This document shows, one piece after another, positions 20,524-30,512 of a stretch of DNA of 64,000 nt (position 1 is its first letter; every line of letters starts with the position of its first letter). Source of the DNA: Nitrospinaceae bacterium (lineage in GTDB: Bacteria; Nitrospinota; Nitrospinia; Nitrospinales; Nitrospinaceae). The stretch is from positions 448,001-512,000 of the forward strand of contig OZ245011.1 in the NCBI GenBank assembly GCA_965223665.1, read 5' to 3'. Under the pieces are notes generated by a model. It saw only the letters and a program-made list of their open reading frames with translations. It ran no database searches and was not told the DNA's origin. The position numbers were made by a program, and so were the translations under genes.

Positions 20524-22818
20524 TTAAACTATACAAACTGCCAAAACTTGTTTGAGATCACAATCTCCTTGAAAAATCTTTCTTATTCCATCTTGTTTTA
20601 AAGTTCTCATTTTATCCTTAATTGCCTGTTCACGTAGGGCTTCCACTAATGCTTGCTTCATTATCATACGCTTAATATCGTCAGTGCCTTCTAATACTTC
20701 GTGGAGGCCCATTCTCCCAGAGTATCCCGAGTTATTGCAATAGTCGCAACCCTTAGCACGAAAAAGTTTTAGTTCTTTGGAATATTGAATTTTTAATTCA
20801 GGGAAATCATCTTTTCCATATTCCAAAACCAATTGCTCAAATTCATCTTTAGATGGATTGTAAGATTCCTTGCATTTTTTGCATAAAGTTCTTACTAACC
20901 TTTGGGCAACAATTAGGAGTAAAGCATCAGCAAAATTTAAAGGATTCATACCCATATCCAGCAGTCTGGTAATGGTCTCCGGAGCGGAGTTGGTATGAAG
21001 GGTGCTGAGAACCAAATGACCCGTTAAAGAAGCCTCTAAGCCTATGGAACAGGTTTCTGCATCCCGCATTTCACCAACCATAATTACATCGGGGTCTCCG
21101 CGTAAGAAAGACTTCATACATCGAGCAAAGTCTAATCCAATTTTATTAATAACTTGAACTTGCCTCAGCCCTTTTTGCGTTATTTCCACAGGGTCTTCTG
21201 CGGTCCATATTTTTTTGTCGGGGGTGTTGATATGCCCTAAAGTGGAATGCAGGGTTGTGGTTTTTCCTGAGCCCGTTGGACCTACAACTAAAATTAATCC
21301 ATAGGGCTTTTTGGCAGTTTTTTTAATTAACTCAAGATTTCGATTCGAAAATTGCATTTTCTCTAAAGGGATGGGCTTGCTTGCTGCTAATATTCTTAAT
21401 ACCGCATCTTCGTTTCCCCCAACTGTCGGACAAGTGGCAACCCGGTATTCAATTTCTTTTGTACCGTATTTCATTTTTATTTTGCCGTCTTGGGGAAGTC
21501 TCCTCTCGGCAATGTCTAAACGAGCCATGATTTTTATTCTAGATAACATGGCCTGCTTATACATAGGGGGAATTTCCTGGTAGATTCGGCAAGCGCCATC
21601 TTTTCGAAATCGGACTTGCATGGTATCTCTGCCAATACCAGGTTCAACATGAATATCAGAGATTCCCTGATCATAGGCATCGGTTAAAATTTTGTTTACT
21701 AATTTTACAATCGTGCTATCAGTTTCGCTAATGGCATTAAATTCGTCTTCACCCGAGGGTTCATCAACAGATTCAACTTCTCTCTCTACTTTTAATGCGT
21801 CCAATAAGGTGGACATTTCCTCGGTCTTGGGAAGTGGCTGGGATGGGCCTTCTGTAATTGAGCCATTAAGGAAATCCCGAATATCGGACTTTAAACTCAG
21901 TCGAAACTCAACCTCTCTTTTTGAAAAGATATGTTTTATATTTTGAATTTTTTGTTGATTAAATGGATTGTCGATTAGTATAACGACTTTGTTATTTTCT
22001 TTTTGAATTGGAACCCAAAAATTTTTCTGAAGAAAACTAATATTTAATCCTTCAAATAATGAAGAAGGTAATACAATAGAGGGGTCATAACCTGAATAAG
22101 GAATTTTGTAAAAGTTTTCAAAGGATTTTCCTAAGTCCTTCCTTGATACTTTAAGCTCTTCCAGTATAAGGGTCTCGATATCTAATTGATTTCTACGCGC
22201 TTTACTAATCGCATTATTTAATTCTTGTTCATTAATAATTCCATTATAAATTAGATAAGTAAATTTCGTGGGTTTTTGAGCCACAAACTTAGTTTGATTA
22301 AAAAAGGCTAAAGCTAAAGTTTCCCCAATAAGCTTTGCATTCTTTTCATCTTTAAAGTTAAAGGGTGCTGCATTTTTTTTGTTTACCAATTGAAGAACAC
22401 CCATTAGTTTTCCCCTATATTGAAAAGGAGAAACCAACATATTTTTTGTTTGAAATCCGGATTTTTTATCCCAGGAACTATCAAAGTTTAAATTTGGGTG
22501 ATACTTGGCGAGTTCTTTTTTTTCATAAACATTATGGATAATGATTGGCCGTTGTTCCAAAGCAACACAACCGGCTATGCTCTCAGAGGAAATAGGAAGG
22601 CGAATTTCATTAATTGTTTTCCCTGACTTCACTTTCGAGTAGATTTCGTTTTTTGATGAATCAACCGCATAAATAGTAATTAAACTCGAATTAAATAAAT
22701 CTAATATTTTAGATTTTAAATCGGTTAAGATTTGATCCACATTTTTTGCAGAATGAATTGAGTTAACAATTCGAACTAAATTATCCTGACCTTCTGTAGT
22801 TGAGCTTGAGATATCCAT
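20524..22818 (-). CDS. GspE/PilB-family ATPase with one N-terminal GAF domain
   Basis: GAF (LQLVNK...F...DE), SDIHVEP, RRLPQDG, GPTGSGKTT, EDPVE, VGEMRD, GHLVLSTLH, CxxC pair; ATG 22818. Confidence 0.93.
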   Translation of the reverse strand: MDISSSTTEGQDNLVRIVNSIHSAKNVDQILTDLKSKILDLFNSSLITIYAVDSSKNEIYSKVKSGKTINEIRLPISSESIAGCVALEQRPIIIHNVYEKKELAKYHPNLNFDSSWDKKSGFQTKNMLVSPFQYRGKLMGVLQLVNKKNAAPFNFKDEKNAKLIGETLALAFFNQTKFVAQKPTKFTYLIYNGIINEQELNNAISKARRNQLDIETLILEELKVSRKDLGKSFENFYKIPYSGYDPSIVLPSSLFEGLNISFLQKNFWVPIQKENNKVVILIDNPFNQQKIQNIKHIFSKREVEFRLSLKSDIRDFLNGSITEGPSQPLPKTEEMSTLLDALKVEREVESVDEPSGEDEFNAISETDSTIVKLVNKILTDAYDQGISDIHVEPGIGRDTMQVRFRKDGACRIYQEIPPMYKQAMLSRIKIMARLDIAERRLPQDGKIKMKYGTKEIEYRVATCPTVGGNEDAVLRILAASKPIPLEKMQFSNRNLELIKKTAKKPYGLILVVGPTGSGKTTTLHSTLGHINTPDKKIWTAEDPVEITQKGLRQVQVINKIGLDFARCMKSFLRGDPDVIMVGEMRDAETCSIGLEASLTGHLVLSTLHTNSAPETITRLLDMGMNPLNFADALLLIVAQRLVRTLCKKCKESYNPSKDEFEQLVLEYGKDDFPELKIQYSKELKLFRAKGCDYCNNSGYSGRMGLHEVLEGTDDIKRMIMKQALVEALREQAIKDKMRTLKQDGIRKIFQGDCDLKQVLAVCIV

Positions 22819-22837
22819 ATTTTCAAAATTCTGACAT

Positions 22838-25705
22838 TTATACAATACAAACGGCAAGTACTTGTTTTAAGTCACAGTCGCCTTTAAAGATTTTCCAAAT
22901 TCCATCCTGTTTCAGGGTTCTCATTCCATCCGCAACAGCTTGTACTCTTAATTTTTCTACCAATGCTTCTTTCATAATCATTCTTTTGATTTCATCCGTT
23001 GCTTCTAAGGCTTCATGTAACCCTGTTCTGCCTGCATATCCGGTATCATTGCATTTATCGCATCCCACGGGTTTATAAAGCATTAATTTTTCATTATATT
23101 TGATGTTCAGTTCGCTAAACTCATCTGGCCCATATTCATTGACAAGTTTTTCAAATTCTTCTTTTGAGGGATGATATTCTTCTTTGCAATTCTTGCAGAG
23201 AGTTTTAACTAATCGTTGGGCGACGATGAGCAGGAGTGCGTCGGCAAAATTGAGAGGATTCATGCCCATATCTAATAACCTGGTTATGGTTTCTGGAGCA
23301 GAGTTAGTGTGCAAAGTGCTGAAAACTAAATGTCCAGTTAATGATGCCTCTAGTCCAATTGAACATGTTTCGGCATCCCGCATTTCACCAACCATAATTA
23401 CATCTGGATCCCCTCGTAAAAATGACTTCATGCAGCGTGCGAAATCCAGTCCAATTTTGTTTAGTATCTGAACTTGGCGTAAACCCTCCTGTGTGATTTC
23501 GACGGGATCCTCTGCGGTCCATATTTTTTTATCAGGTGTGTTAATAAATCCCAAGGTGGAATGAAGTGTTGTTGTTTTACCTGAACCGGTCGGTCCGACT
23601 ACTAATATTAAACCATAGGGCTTTGTGGCCATATTTTTAACTAGATTAATATTTCTTTCTGAGAAGTTCATTTTGTCAAGTGGGATTGGCTTGCTTGCAG
23701 CTAAAATACGAAGGACGGCATCCTCGTTTCCCCCTACCGTTGGACAGGTGGCTACCCTATATTCGATTTCTTTCCTACCGTATTTCATTTTGATTTTACC
23801 GTCTTGAGGAAGCCTTCTCTCAGCAATATCCAAGCGAGCCATAATTTTTAATCTGGAAAGGAATGCTTGTTTATACATTGGAGGTATTTCTTGATAAACA
23901 CGACAGGTTCCATCTTTTCTGAAACGAACTTTCATTATTTTTTTTCCTATGCCAGGTTCAATGTGAATATCGGATATTCCCTGATCATAGGCATCGATTA
24001 AAATTTTGTTTACGAGCCTTACAATAGTGCTATCAGTCTCACTGATGGCATTGAAATCTTCTTCTTCAGTTGTAGTTTCTATTTCGGCTTCATCAGTTTC
24101 GCTTTGAAGAGCATCCAGTAAATCTGATACTTGAGTAGAATCTTGATCCACAGGTTCTTCTTCATAATCTTCTTCAGGAGTTACTTTTAAAAAGTCTTGA
24201 ATGTCAGCTTTTAGGCCAACCTTGAACTCTAATTCCTTTTTAGCGAAAATGAGCTTTATATTTTGAATTTTGTCTGGGTTGAGGGGGTTGTCGACAAGAA
24301 CAGTAATTTTATTTCCTTCCTTCTGAATGGGTAACCAAAAGTTCTTGGCCAAAAAATTGGTATTTAATCCAGTGAATAAAGATTGAGGAAGGACGATAGA
24401 ATCTTTATACCCAAAATAAGGAACACGATAAAACATTTCCAGAGATTTGCCCAAATCTGCACGGTTTATTTTTATGTCTTTTAATAAAATGGTTTCAATA
24501 TCCAATCCACTAATACGTGCTTTGGAAATAGCTTTTGTGAGTTCTTGTTGGGTCAATAGAGAATTGTCGATTAAATAGCTAAACTTTGTGGGTTTTGATT
24601 TATTGGGTTTGCTTTGATTATATATAGCAAGACCCAAAGAATCGGAGATGATTTCGATGCTACGCTCGTCTTGTTCAGAAAAAAAGCTTTCATTGTTTTT
24701 ATTAACTAACTGCAATACCCCCATTAATTTGTCATTGTAAATTAATGGAGAAACCAGCATGCATCGTGTTTTTTCACCTGATACCTGGTCCCAGGATTTA
24801 TCGAAAATTAAATCTGGATGGTATTTTATTAATTCGACTGGATCATTTACATTTTTAATATTTAATAGTCGCTTTTCTAAAGCAACGCATCCAGCCACAC
24901 TATTGGGAGAAATAGGTAAGCGAATTTCTTCAATGGTGTCTCCCGGTCGAATTTGGGAATAGATTTCCTTTTTGGCATTATCCACAGCATAAATTGTGGC
25001 CATCTTGGTATCAAACAATTGATAAATAGGTGCCCGTAAATCGATTAAAATTTCCTGAAGGGTTCCTGCGGAGTGAATAATATTTGATGTGGCCCGAATT
25101 TTTTCATCGATGATTTCTGCCTGCATTTTAACAATAGCGTGACCTAGACTCACTGCTAATTCTTTGGCAAGTTTTAAATCGTGATCTGAAAAGTAATTGT
25201 CGGTAGTCTTGTTAATTATTTGCAGGACTCCGACCATTCTCTTGTTGTAGGGTAGGGCGACGACCAAGACAGACTTTGTTCTATAATCCAGTTTATTATC
25301 CCAAGTTTTATCTAAACTTAAATCTGGATGGATATTTTCTAATTCTGATTGATTGTAGGCATCTTCAATATTTATGGCTTTTCCTGTTGCTGCCACATAA
25401 CCTGAAAGACTTTTTTGATTAATTTCTATTCTAATTTCTTCAACTTCGTCATTTTCTGATTTGAAATTTCTTGAGAAAAGTTGTCTTTTAGGTCTATCAA
25501 TGGCGTAAATGGTGACCTTGTCAGCTTTAAACAATTTTTTAAAATCATCGGTTAGGTCAAAAAGGGTTCTGGTTACGCTTTTAGCGGATAAAATCTTATT
25601 TATGATGGGCTTTAGTTTGTCACTTGCCCTTCGATCATAATGAGAATGAGCCGTAAAAGGTAAATTTTCAGTAGTTTTTGCTGAGGTAGGTTTGGAAGAA
25701 CGCAA
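22838..25705 (-). CDS. GspE/PilB-family ATPase with two N-terminal GAF domains
   Basis: Two GAF repeats followed by an ATPase core nearly identical to the neighbouring paralog. Confidence 0.93.
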   Translation of the reverse strand: MRSSKPTSAKTTENLPFTAHSHYDRRASDKLKPIINKILSAKSVTRTLFDLTDDFKKLFKADKVTIYAIDRPKRQLFSRNFKSENDEVEEIRIEINQKSLSGYVAATGKAINIEDAYNQSELENIHPDLSLDKTWDNKLDYRTKSVLVVALPYNKRMVGVLQIINKTTDNYFSDHDLKLAKELAVSLGHAIVKMQAEIIDEKIRATSNIIHSAGTLQEILIDLRAPIYQLFDTKMATIYAVDNAKKEIYSQIRPGDTIEEIRLPISPNSVAGCVALEKRLLNIKNVNDPVELIKYHPDLIFDKSWDQVSGEKTRCMLVSPLIYNDKLMGVLQLVNKNNESFFSEQDERSIEIISDSLGLAIYNQSKPNKSKPTKFSYLIDNSLLTQQELTKAISKARISGLDIETILLKDIKINRADLGKSLEMFYRVPYFGYKDSIVLPQSLFTGLNTNFLAKNFWLPIQKEGNKITVLVDNPLNPDKIQNIKLIFAKKELEFKVGLKADIQDFLKVTPEEDYEEEPVDQDSTQVSDLLDALQSETDEAEIETTTEEEDFNAISETDSTIVRLVNKILIDAYDQGISDIHIEPGIGKKIMKVRFRKDGTCRVYQEIPPMYKQAFLSRLKIMARLDIAERRLPQDGKIKMKYGRKEIEYRVATCPTVGGNEDAVLRILAASKPIPLDKMNFSERNINLVKNMATKPYGLILVVGPTGSGKTTTLHSTLGFINTPDKKIWTAEDPVEITQEGLRQVQILNKIGLDFARCMKSFLRGDPDVIMVGEMRDAETCSIGLEASLTGHLVFSTLHTNSAPETITRLLDMGMNPLNFADALLLIVAQRLVKTLCKNCKEEYHPSKEEFEKLVNEYGPDEFSELNIKYNEKLMLYKPVGCDKCNDTGYAGRTGLHEALEATDEIKRMIMKEALVEKLRVQAVADGMRTLKQDGIWKIFKGDCDLKQVLAVCIV

Positions 25706-25861
25706 GTTGTGCCCTAAATAAAGTTATGAATAATTCAAATAAACTATTAATGTAATTCTACTATTATGCGGATAAAATTTCAAGCTAAAACGAATAAATT
25801 AAAGGAGTTAGTGGTTTGATTTCTTGAACTTTGGAAGCAAGAAAAAAAAAGAGATTTGGAG

Positions 25862-27751
25862 TTAAATATCCAAATCGGAACAAAATGCAGCTCGCTCTTT
25901 AATAAATTGAAAACGAGTTTGAGCATCTTTGCCCATTAAACGATCCACAGTGTGGTTAGAATTTTCTAAATCATCAATTTCGACACGAATCAAGGTTCGG
26001 TTTTTTTTATCCATAGTAGTGGCTTTTAAATCAGAAGAGGGCATTTCACCAAGTCCTTTAAATCGGCCTACTTCATAACGAGTTCCATTAAGCTTGGAGA
26101 TTATTTGATCCTTTTCGTTATCGTCAATTGCATAAAATAGTTTTTTTCCTGCATCGATCCTGTATAAAGGCGGTTGGGCAATAAATAAGTTTCCATTTTG
26201 GATTAGTTGGGGCATGTATCTGTAAAAAAATGTTAAAAGCAAAGTACAAATATGCGCTCCATCCACATCCGCATCGGTCATTAAAATTATTTTTCCATAA
26301 CGAAGTTTGTTGTATTCGAATTTGGGTTCAATTCCAGTACCGATAGCAGAAATAATATTTTTTATTTCGGAGTTCGCTAAGATTTTTTCCATGGTGGCAG
26401 TTTCTACATTTAGGATTTTTCCTCTCAAAGGAAGAATCGCTTGAGTTTTTCTGTCTCGAGCTTGTTTACTTGACCCGCCTGCGGATTCTCCTTCACAAAT
26501 AAATAATTCGGATTCTTCTCGATGGGTGGAAGCACAATCCGATAGTTTGCCCGGTAAATTAAGGCGGTGAGAGATATTGGTTTTCCGGTGAACAGATTCC
26601 TTAGCTTGGCGTGATGCAATCCGAGCTTGGGCTGCTAAAATTACTCTATTTGCAATTAAATCCCCTGTGGTTTGATGATCATGTAAAAAATGTTCAAGAG
26701 AATGTTTAACTACAGAGTCTACCTGAGAAGTGATATCTGAATTTAACCTCCCCTTGGTTTGACCTTGAAACTCTAAGTCGCCCTGGAGGTAAATGTTTAT
26801 AATAGCTATTAAACCTTCCTTAACATCATCTCCCGTTAGGTTAGTTACCCCTTTGGGTAAAAGGTTTCTTCTGTCAATATAACTTCTTAGAGCTTTTGTG
26901 ATACCGTTTCTAAAACCGTTTTCGTGGGTTCCCCCGTCAATAGTTTTAATTGCGTTTGCGTAAGAATGGATAATGGTATCGGTATTTGAGGTCCAGAGAA
27001 AAGCGACTTCTAATCGCAATTGTTTATCTTCCTTCTCTATATAAAAAGGATTATCCATGAGGGTAGGTCGGCCTTCAGTTATTTTACCAATGTAATCTTT
27101 GATTCCTTCAGGATATTGAAATGTATGAGTTTTTTTGTTCTCCTTAACTATGATTTTGAGCCCTTTATTAAGAAATGCTTTAGATTCCGCTTGCTCTAAA
27201 ATTAATTTGGAATTGAATTGGATTTTAGGAAAAATCTTTGAGTCTGGAGTGAATGTAATCTCAGTACCTTTACTTCTGATGGGCTTTCCCTTCTTTAATT
27301 TAGTTTTAACCTTTCCCCTTGAAAAACTTTGGGTCCATTCAAATCCATCTCGCTTCGAAGTTGCAGTTAAGGATTCTGACAGGGCACACACCACAGCCAT
27401 ACCAACTCCATGTAAGCCACCAGCTACTTTATAGGACCCTTCATCAAATTTTCCTCCAGAATGCAGAGTCGTAAACAAAATTTCCAGGGCACTTTTTTTT
27501 GTGTTTCGAAATTTGTCTATGGGAATGCCACGGCCATTATCTCGGATTGTGATTTCTTTTTCACTTTTCAAAAATATTTCGATAGTATTGCAGTGACCAT
27601 TGAGGGCTTCATCTACTGCATTATCCAAAATTTCCCAAATTAGATGGTGTAGTCCTGTGGAAGAAGTGGATCCGATATACATTCCGGGACGGCGTCTAAC
27701 GGGTTCCAAACCTTCTAAAACCTGAATATCTTTTGCTTTGTAACTACTCAT
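25862..27751 (-). CDS. parE: Type IIA topoisomerase subunit B (topoisomerase IV ParE-like)
   Basis: LEPVRRRPGMYIG, EILDNAVDE, DNGRG, GGLHGVG, PLRGK, MTDADVDG, RFKGLGEM; short form (629 aa). Confidence 0.85.
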   Translation of the reverse strand: MSSYKAKDIQVLEGLEPVRRRPGMYIGSTSSTGLHHLIWEILDNAVDEALNGHCNTIEIFLKSEKEITIRDNGRGIPIDKFRNTKKSALEILFTTLHSGGKFDEGSYKVAGGLHGVGMAVVCALSESLTATSKRDGFEWTQSFSRGKVKTKLKKGKPIRSKGTEITFTPDSKIFPKIQFNSKLILEQAESKAFLNKGLKIIVKENKKTHTFQYPEGIKDYIGKITEGRPTLMDNPFYIEKEDKQLRLEVAFLWTSNTDTIIHSYANAIKTIDGGTHENGFRNGITKALRSYIDRRNLLPKGVTNLTGDDVKEGLIAIINIYLQGDLEFQGQTKGRLNSDITSQVDSVVKHSLEHFLHDHQTTGDLIANRVILAAQARIASRQAKESVHRKTNISHRLNLPGKLSDCASTHREESELFICEGESAGGSSKQARDRKTQAILPLRGKILNVETATMEKILANSEIKNIISAIGTGIEPKFEYNKLRYGKIILMTDADVDGAHICTLLLTFFYRYMPQLIQNGNLFIAQPPLYRIDAGKKLFYAIDDNEKDQIISKLNGTRYEVGRFKGLGEMPSSDLKATTMDKKNRTLIRVEIDDLENSNHTVDRLMGKDAQTRFQFIKERAAFCSDLDI

Positions 27752-27761
27752 AATTTTTCAA

Positions 27762-30038
27762 TTATAAAATGTTAATGATTTTTGTACGCTTTCCGACACT
27801 AATTCCCTGGCTTCCACGATTGTATACAGGAACTCCTGTCATTTTTAACGATTTGGTTTTTCCATTTTCAAATACAAGTTCCACCGTTTCCTTTTGGTTT
27901 ACGCATTTCCCAATTGCCACCTTACTTTTTCCCACGTTCATTAATTTGATGCCCACTCCTGGGCCACTTAGTTGAGTAATTTGATCCAATTTCAGCATCA
28001 GTCCCTTACCAATTTCAGAAATCAGAAAAGCATATTTTCCTTTTACAGGGGTTACCACAACCATTCTGTGATCTTTTTTAAGAGTCATGACTTTTTTTCC
28101 TGAACGGCTGGTTTCTGAAATTAAAGAATATGGAATTCTATAACCGTAACCTCCATCGTTTACCAATAGAAGCTCTTCAATTTCCTCTGAGTACTCCTCA
28201 AAATGGAAAGCACTCTGTTCCCCTTTTTGTGGAGCAAGATCCTGATCTTTGGGTTGGTCCTTGTCGAAAAGTGGGAACATTTTTAAAACTTTTTCGCCAT
28301 CTTTAAATTTGAAAAGATTTTGAATAGGTTCTCCAAAACCACTTCTGGTATAGGGTAAATTATAAACTTTATGCACATAGACCATTCCAAATGAAGTGAA
28401 AATAGCGATAAAGTTTTTAGTGTTTGTCCGAGTAATTCCTAGGAGAGAATCACCTTCCTTGAATTTTAATGTTGAAGGGTCGGGGAGGGTTTTTATTTTA
28501 CGGATCCATCCATTACGGCTTAAAACTAAAACGACATTTTCATGTTCGATAAAATCTTCTGCATTATATTCAACGGCTTCAACCGTTTTTATGAGGGTTT
28601 TGCGTTTGTCACCAAATTTGTTTTCAATTTCTTTTAGCTCTCTTGAAACTTCGGTCCAAATTTTCTTAGAAGACTTCAATATGCTTTGAATTCTTTTTTG
28701 CTCTTTTTGTTTTTCCTTTTGTTCCTGCAGAATTTTTTCGATTTCCAGGGAAACTAATCGATAAAGAGGGATTTCTAAAATTGCGTTTGCTTGATCGTCA
28801 TCTAAACGAAAAGTTTTTTTAAGTTTTCCGTTGGCCTCACTTTTTGATTTCGAAGATCTAATTAATTTTAAAGCCTTGTCTAAATTTTTAAATATGGCCG
28901 CAAAACCCGCTAGAATATGGAGTCTCTTTTCAATAATTGATAATTCGTATTTGAGGCGACGTGTGACGACTTCTTTTCTAAAATCCAAAAAGAAAACACA
29001 TATTTCTTTTAAAGATAATCGGGAGGGCTCACCGGAAGGAGTCAAGCAATTAAAGTTTAATTGGAAATTATTTTCTAATTCTGTGTGTTTGAATAAATAA
29101 GTCATTATTTTATCTGGGTCACTACCGCTTTTTATTTCTAAGACCACTCGAATCTTTTCATCGCTTTCATCACGTACATCCAGCAAAGGAGCAAGTTTTT
29201 TGGCGATGATGATGTCAGCGATTTTTTCAATGAGTCTTGACTTATTTACTCCATAAGGAATTGAAGTAATAATAATTTGATTTTTTCCACGCGGGAGTTG
29301 TTCTAAATTCCATTGGCCTCGAGTTTTTATTAGTCCCTGTCCCTTCTCATAGGCTTGGCGGATTTCAGTCTTTGAATTAAGTATGATTCCACCAGTTGGG
29401 AAATCCGGTCCCTTGATGAATTTCATAATTTGGGCTGTCGTTAAATTCCGGTTTCCTATCAGAGCAGTTAAAGCTTTTATCACTTCTGAGAGATTATGAC
29501 TGGGAAAAGAACAGGCCATACCAACAGCAATTCCTGAGGATCCGTTAATTAATAAATTGGGGATCCTCGATGGAAGAACCACTGGTTCTTTTAGAGTGTT
29601 GTCATAATTTGCACGAAATTCAATTGTATCTTTTTTTATATCACTCAACATGAAGGTGGTGATAGGGGTTAGCCGACCTTCAGTGTAACGATAGGCAGCC
29701 GGAGCATCTCCATCTAAAGAACCAAAATTTCCCTTACCATCAACAAGTGGATAACGCATTGAAAAGTCTTGAGCCATCCGAACCATAGATTCGTAGGTAG
29801 AGGCATCACCATGCGGGTGAAATTTACCCAATACTTCTCCTATTATTTTTGCAGATTTTACGGGTTTGCTATCTGATTGCATCCCCATAGAATTCATTGC
29901 AAATAAGATTCTACGGTGAATAGGCTTTAAACCGTCTCTTACATCCGGCAGAGAACGAGAGACTATGGTGGATAAAGCATAAGTTAGAAAACGATTTTCT
30001 AATTCATCTGTAATGTTTGAAACTTTTTCTTTTGCCAT
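27762..30038 (-). CDS. parC: Type IIA topoisomerase subunit A (topoisomerase IV ParC-like)
   Basis: RDGLKP, HPHGD, AAYRYTE, GIAVGM, GPDFPTGG; no GyrA-box in the first CTD blade. Confidence 0.85.
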   Translation of the reverse strand: MAKEKVSNITDELENRFLTYALSTIVSRSLPDVRDGLKPIHRRILFAMNSMGMQSDSKPVKSAKIIGEVLGKFHPHGDASTYESMVRMAQDFSMRYPLVDGKGNFGSLDGDAPAAYRYTEGRLTPITTFMLSDIKKDTIEFRANYDNTLKEPVVLPSRIPNLLINGSSGIAVGMACSFPSHNLSEVIKALTALIGNRNLTTAQIMKFIKGPDFPTGGIILNSKTEIRQAYEKGQGLIKTRGQWNLEQLPRGKNQIIITSIPYGVNKSRLIEKIADIIIAKKLAPLLDVRDESDEKIRVVLEIKSGSDPDKIMTYLFKHTELENNFQLNFNCLTPSGEPSRLSLKEICVFFLDFRKEVVTRRLKYELSIIEKRLHILAGFAAIFKNLDKALKLIRSSKSKSEANGKLKKTFRLDDDQANAILEIPLYRLVSLEIEKILQEQKEKQKEQKRIQSILKSSKKIWTEVSRELKEIENKFGDKRKTLIKTVEAVEYNAEDFIEHENVVLVLSRNGWIRKIKTLPDPSTLKFKEGDSLLGITRTNTKNFIAIFTSFGMVYVHKVYNLPYTRSGFGEPIQNLFKFKDGEKVLKMFPLFDKDQPKDQDLAPQKGEQSAFHFEEYSEEIEELLLVNDGGYGYRIPYSLISETSRSGKKVMTLKKDHRMVVVTPVKGKYAFLISEIGKGLMLKLDQITQLSGPGVGIKLMNVGKSKVAIGKCVNQKETVELVFENGKTKSLKMTGVPVYNRGSQGISVGKRTKIINIL

Positions 30039-30235
30039 AAAAAGTTTAGTAAGGATTTTTTGACAAGGAGTTAAATACGCTATTTATTGGATTGGTCTTT
30101 TGAAAAATCAAAAATGGTTTGAAAAGCTATGATTTTAATAAGAGTAAGGCTTTTGTCTATTGAGGTCTAATAAACTTACCCCTTTAGTTTTAATTACTTA
30201 TCTATATGAATTATCATAGGTAAGCCTTCATGTAA

Positions 30236-30264
30236 AGTATAAAATACCTTATATAGTGTGGTAA
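30236..30264 (-). promoter_or_regulatory. Putative sigma70 promoter for parC-parE
   Basis: Minus strand TTACCA (30264-30259) -17 bp- TATACT (30241-30236). Confidence 0.55.
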
Positions 30265-30290
30265 TAAGCGAGTAATACTATATATTGAAA
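30244..30290. promoter_or_regulatory. Tandem NrdR-box-like operators
   Basis: ATACCTTATATAGTGT (30244-30259) and ATACTATATATTGAAA (30275-30290) versus consensus acaCwAtATaTwGtgt; 31 bp start-to-start. Confidence 0.65.
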
Positions 30291-30512
30291 CTTACTTTTC
30301 CATCCATTTATTGGTTTTGCGAGACTTTAAGACAAAATAAATTAAAACTCTTTTGCTTAGAGGTCATCCTATAAATTGACCCATCTCTTAATAAACGAGG
30401 GGATCATTTCAAATTCTCCTAAGGGTTACAGATAAATATTGTCATGTTAATATAAAATTTTTTTAGTCATTTAATTTCCCTTTTCGGGGTTAAAAATAAT
30501 TTGGAGAAATCG

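Noticed and set aside
20524-25705. Assembly artefact duplicating the ATPase gene
   Set aside because: The copies differ at many synonymous sites and in GAF number, so they are genuine paralogs.
30424-30451. dif-like site GTTACAGATAA-ATATTG-TCATGTTAATA near parC
   Set aside because: Only partial matches to both Xer arms in AT-rich DNA, and no evident switch in gene orientation bias.
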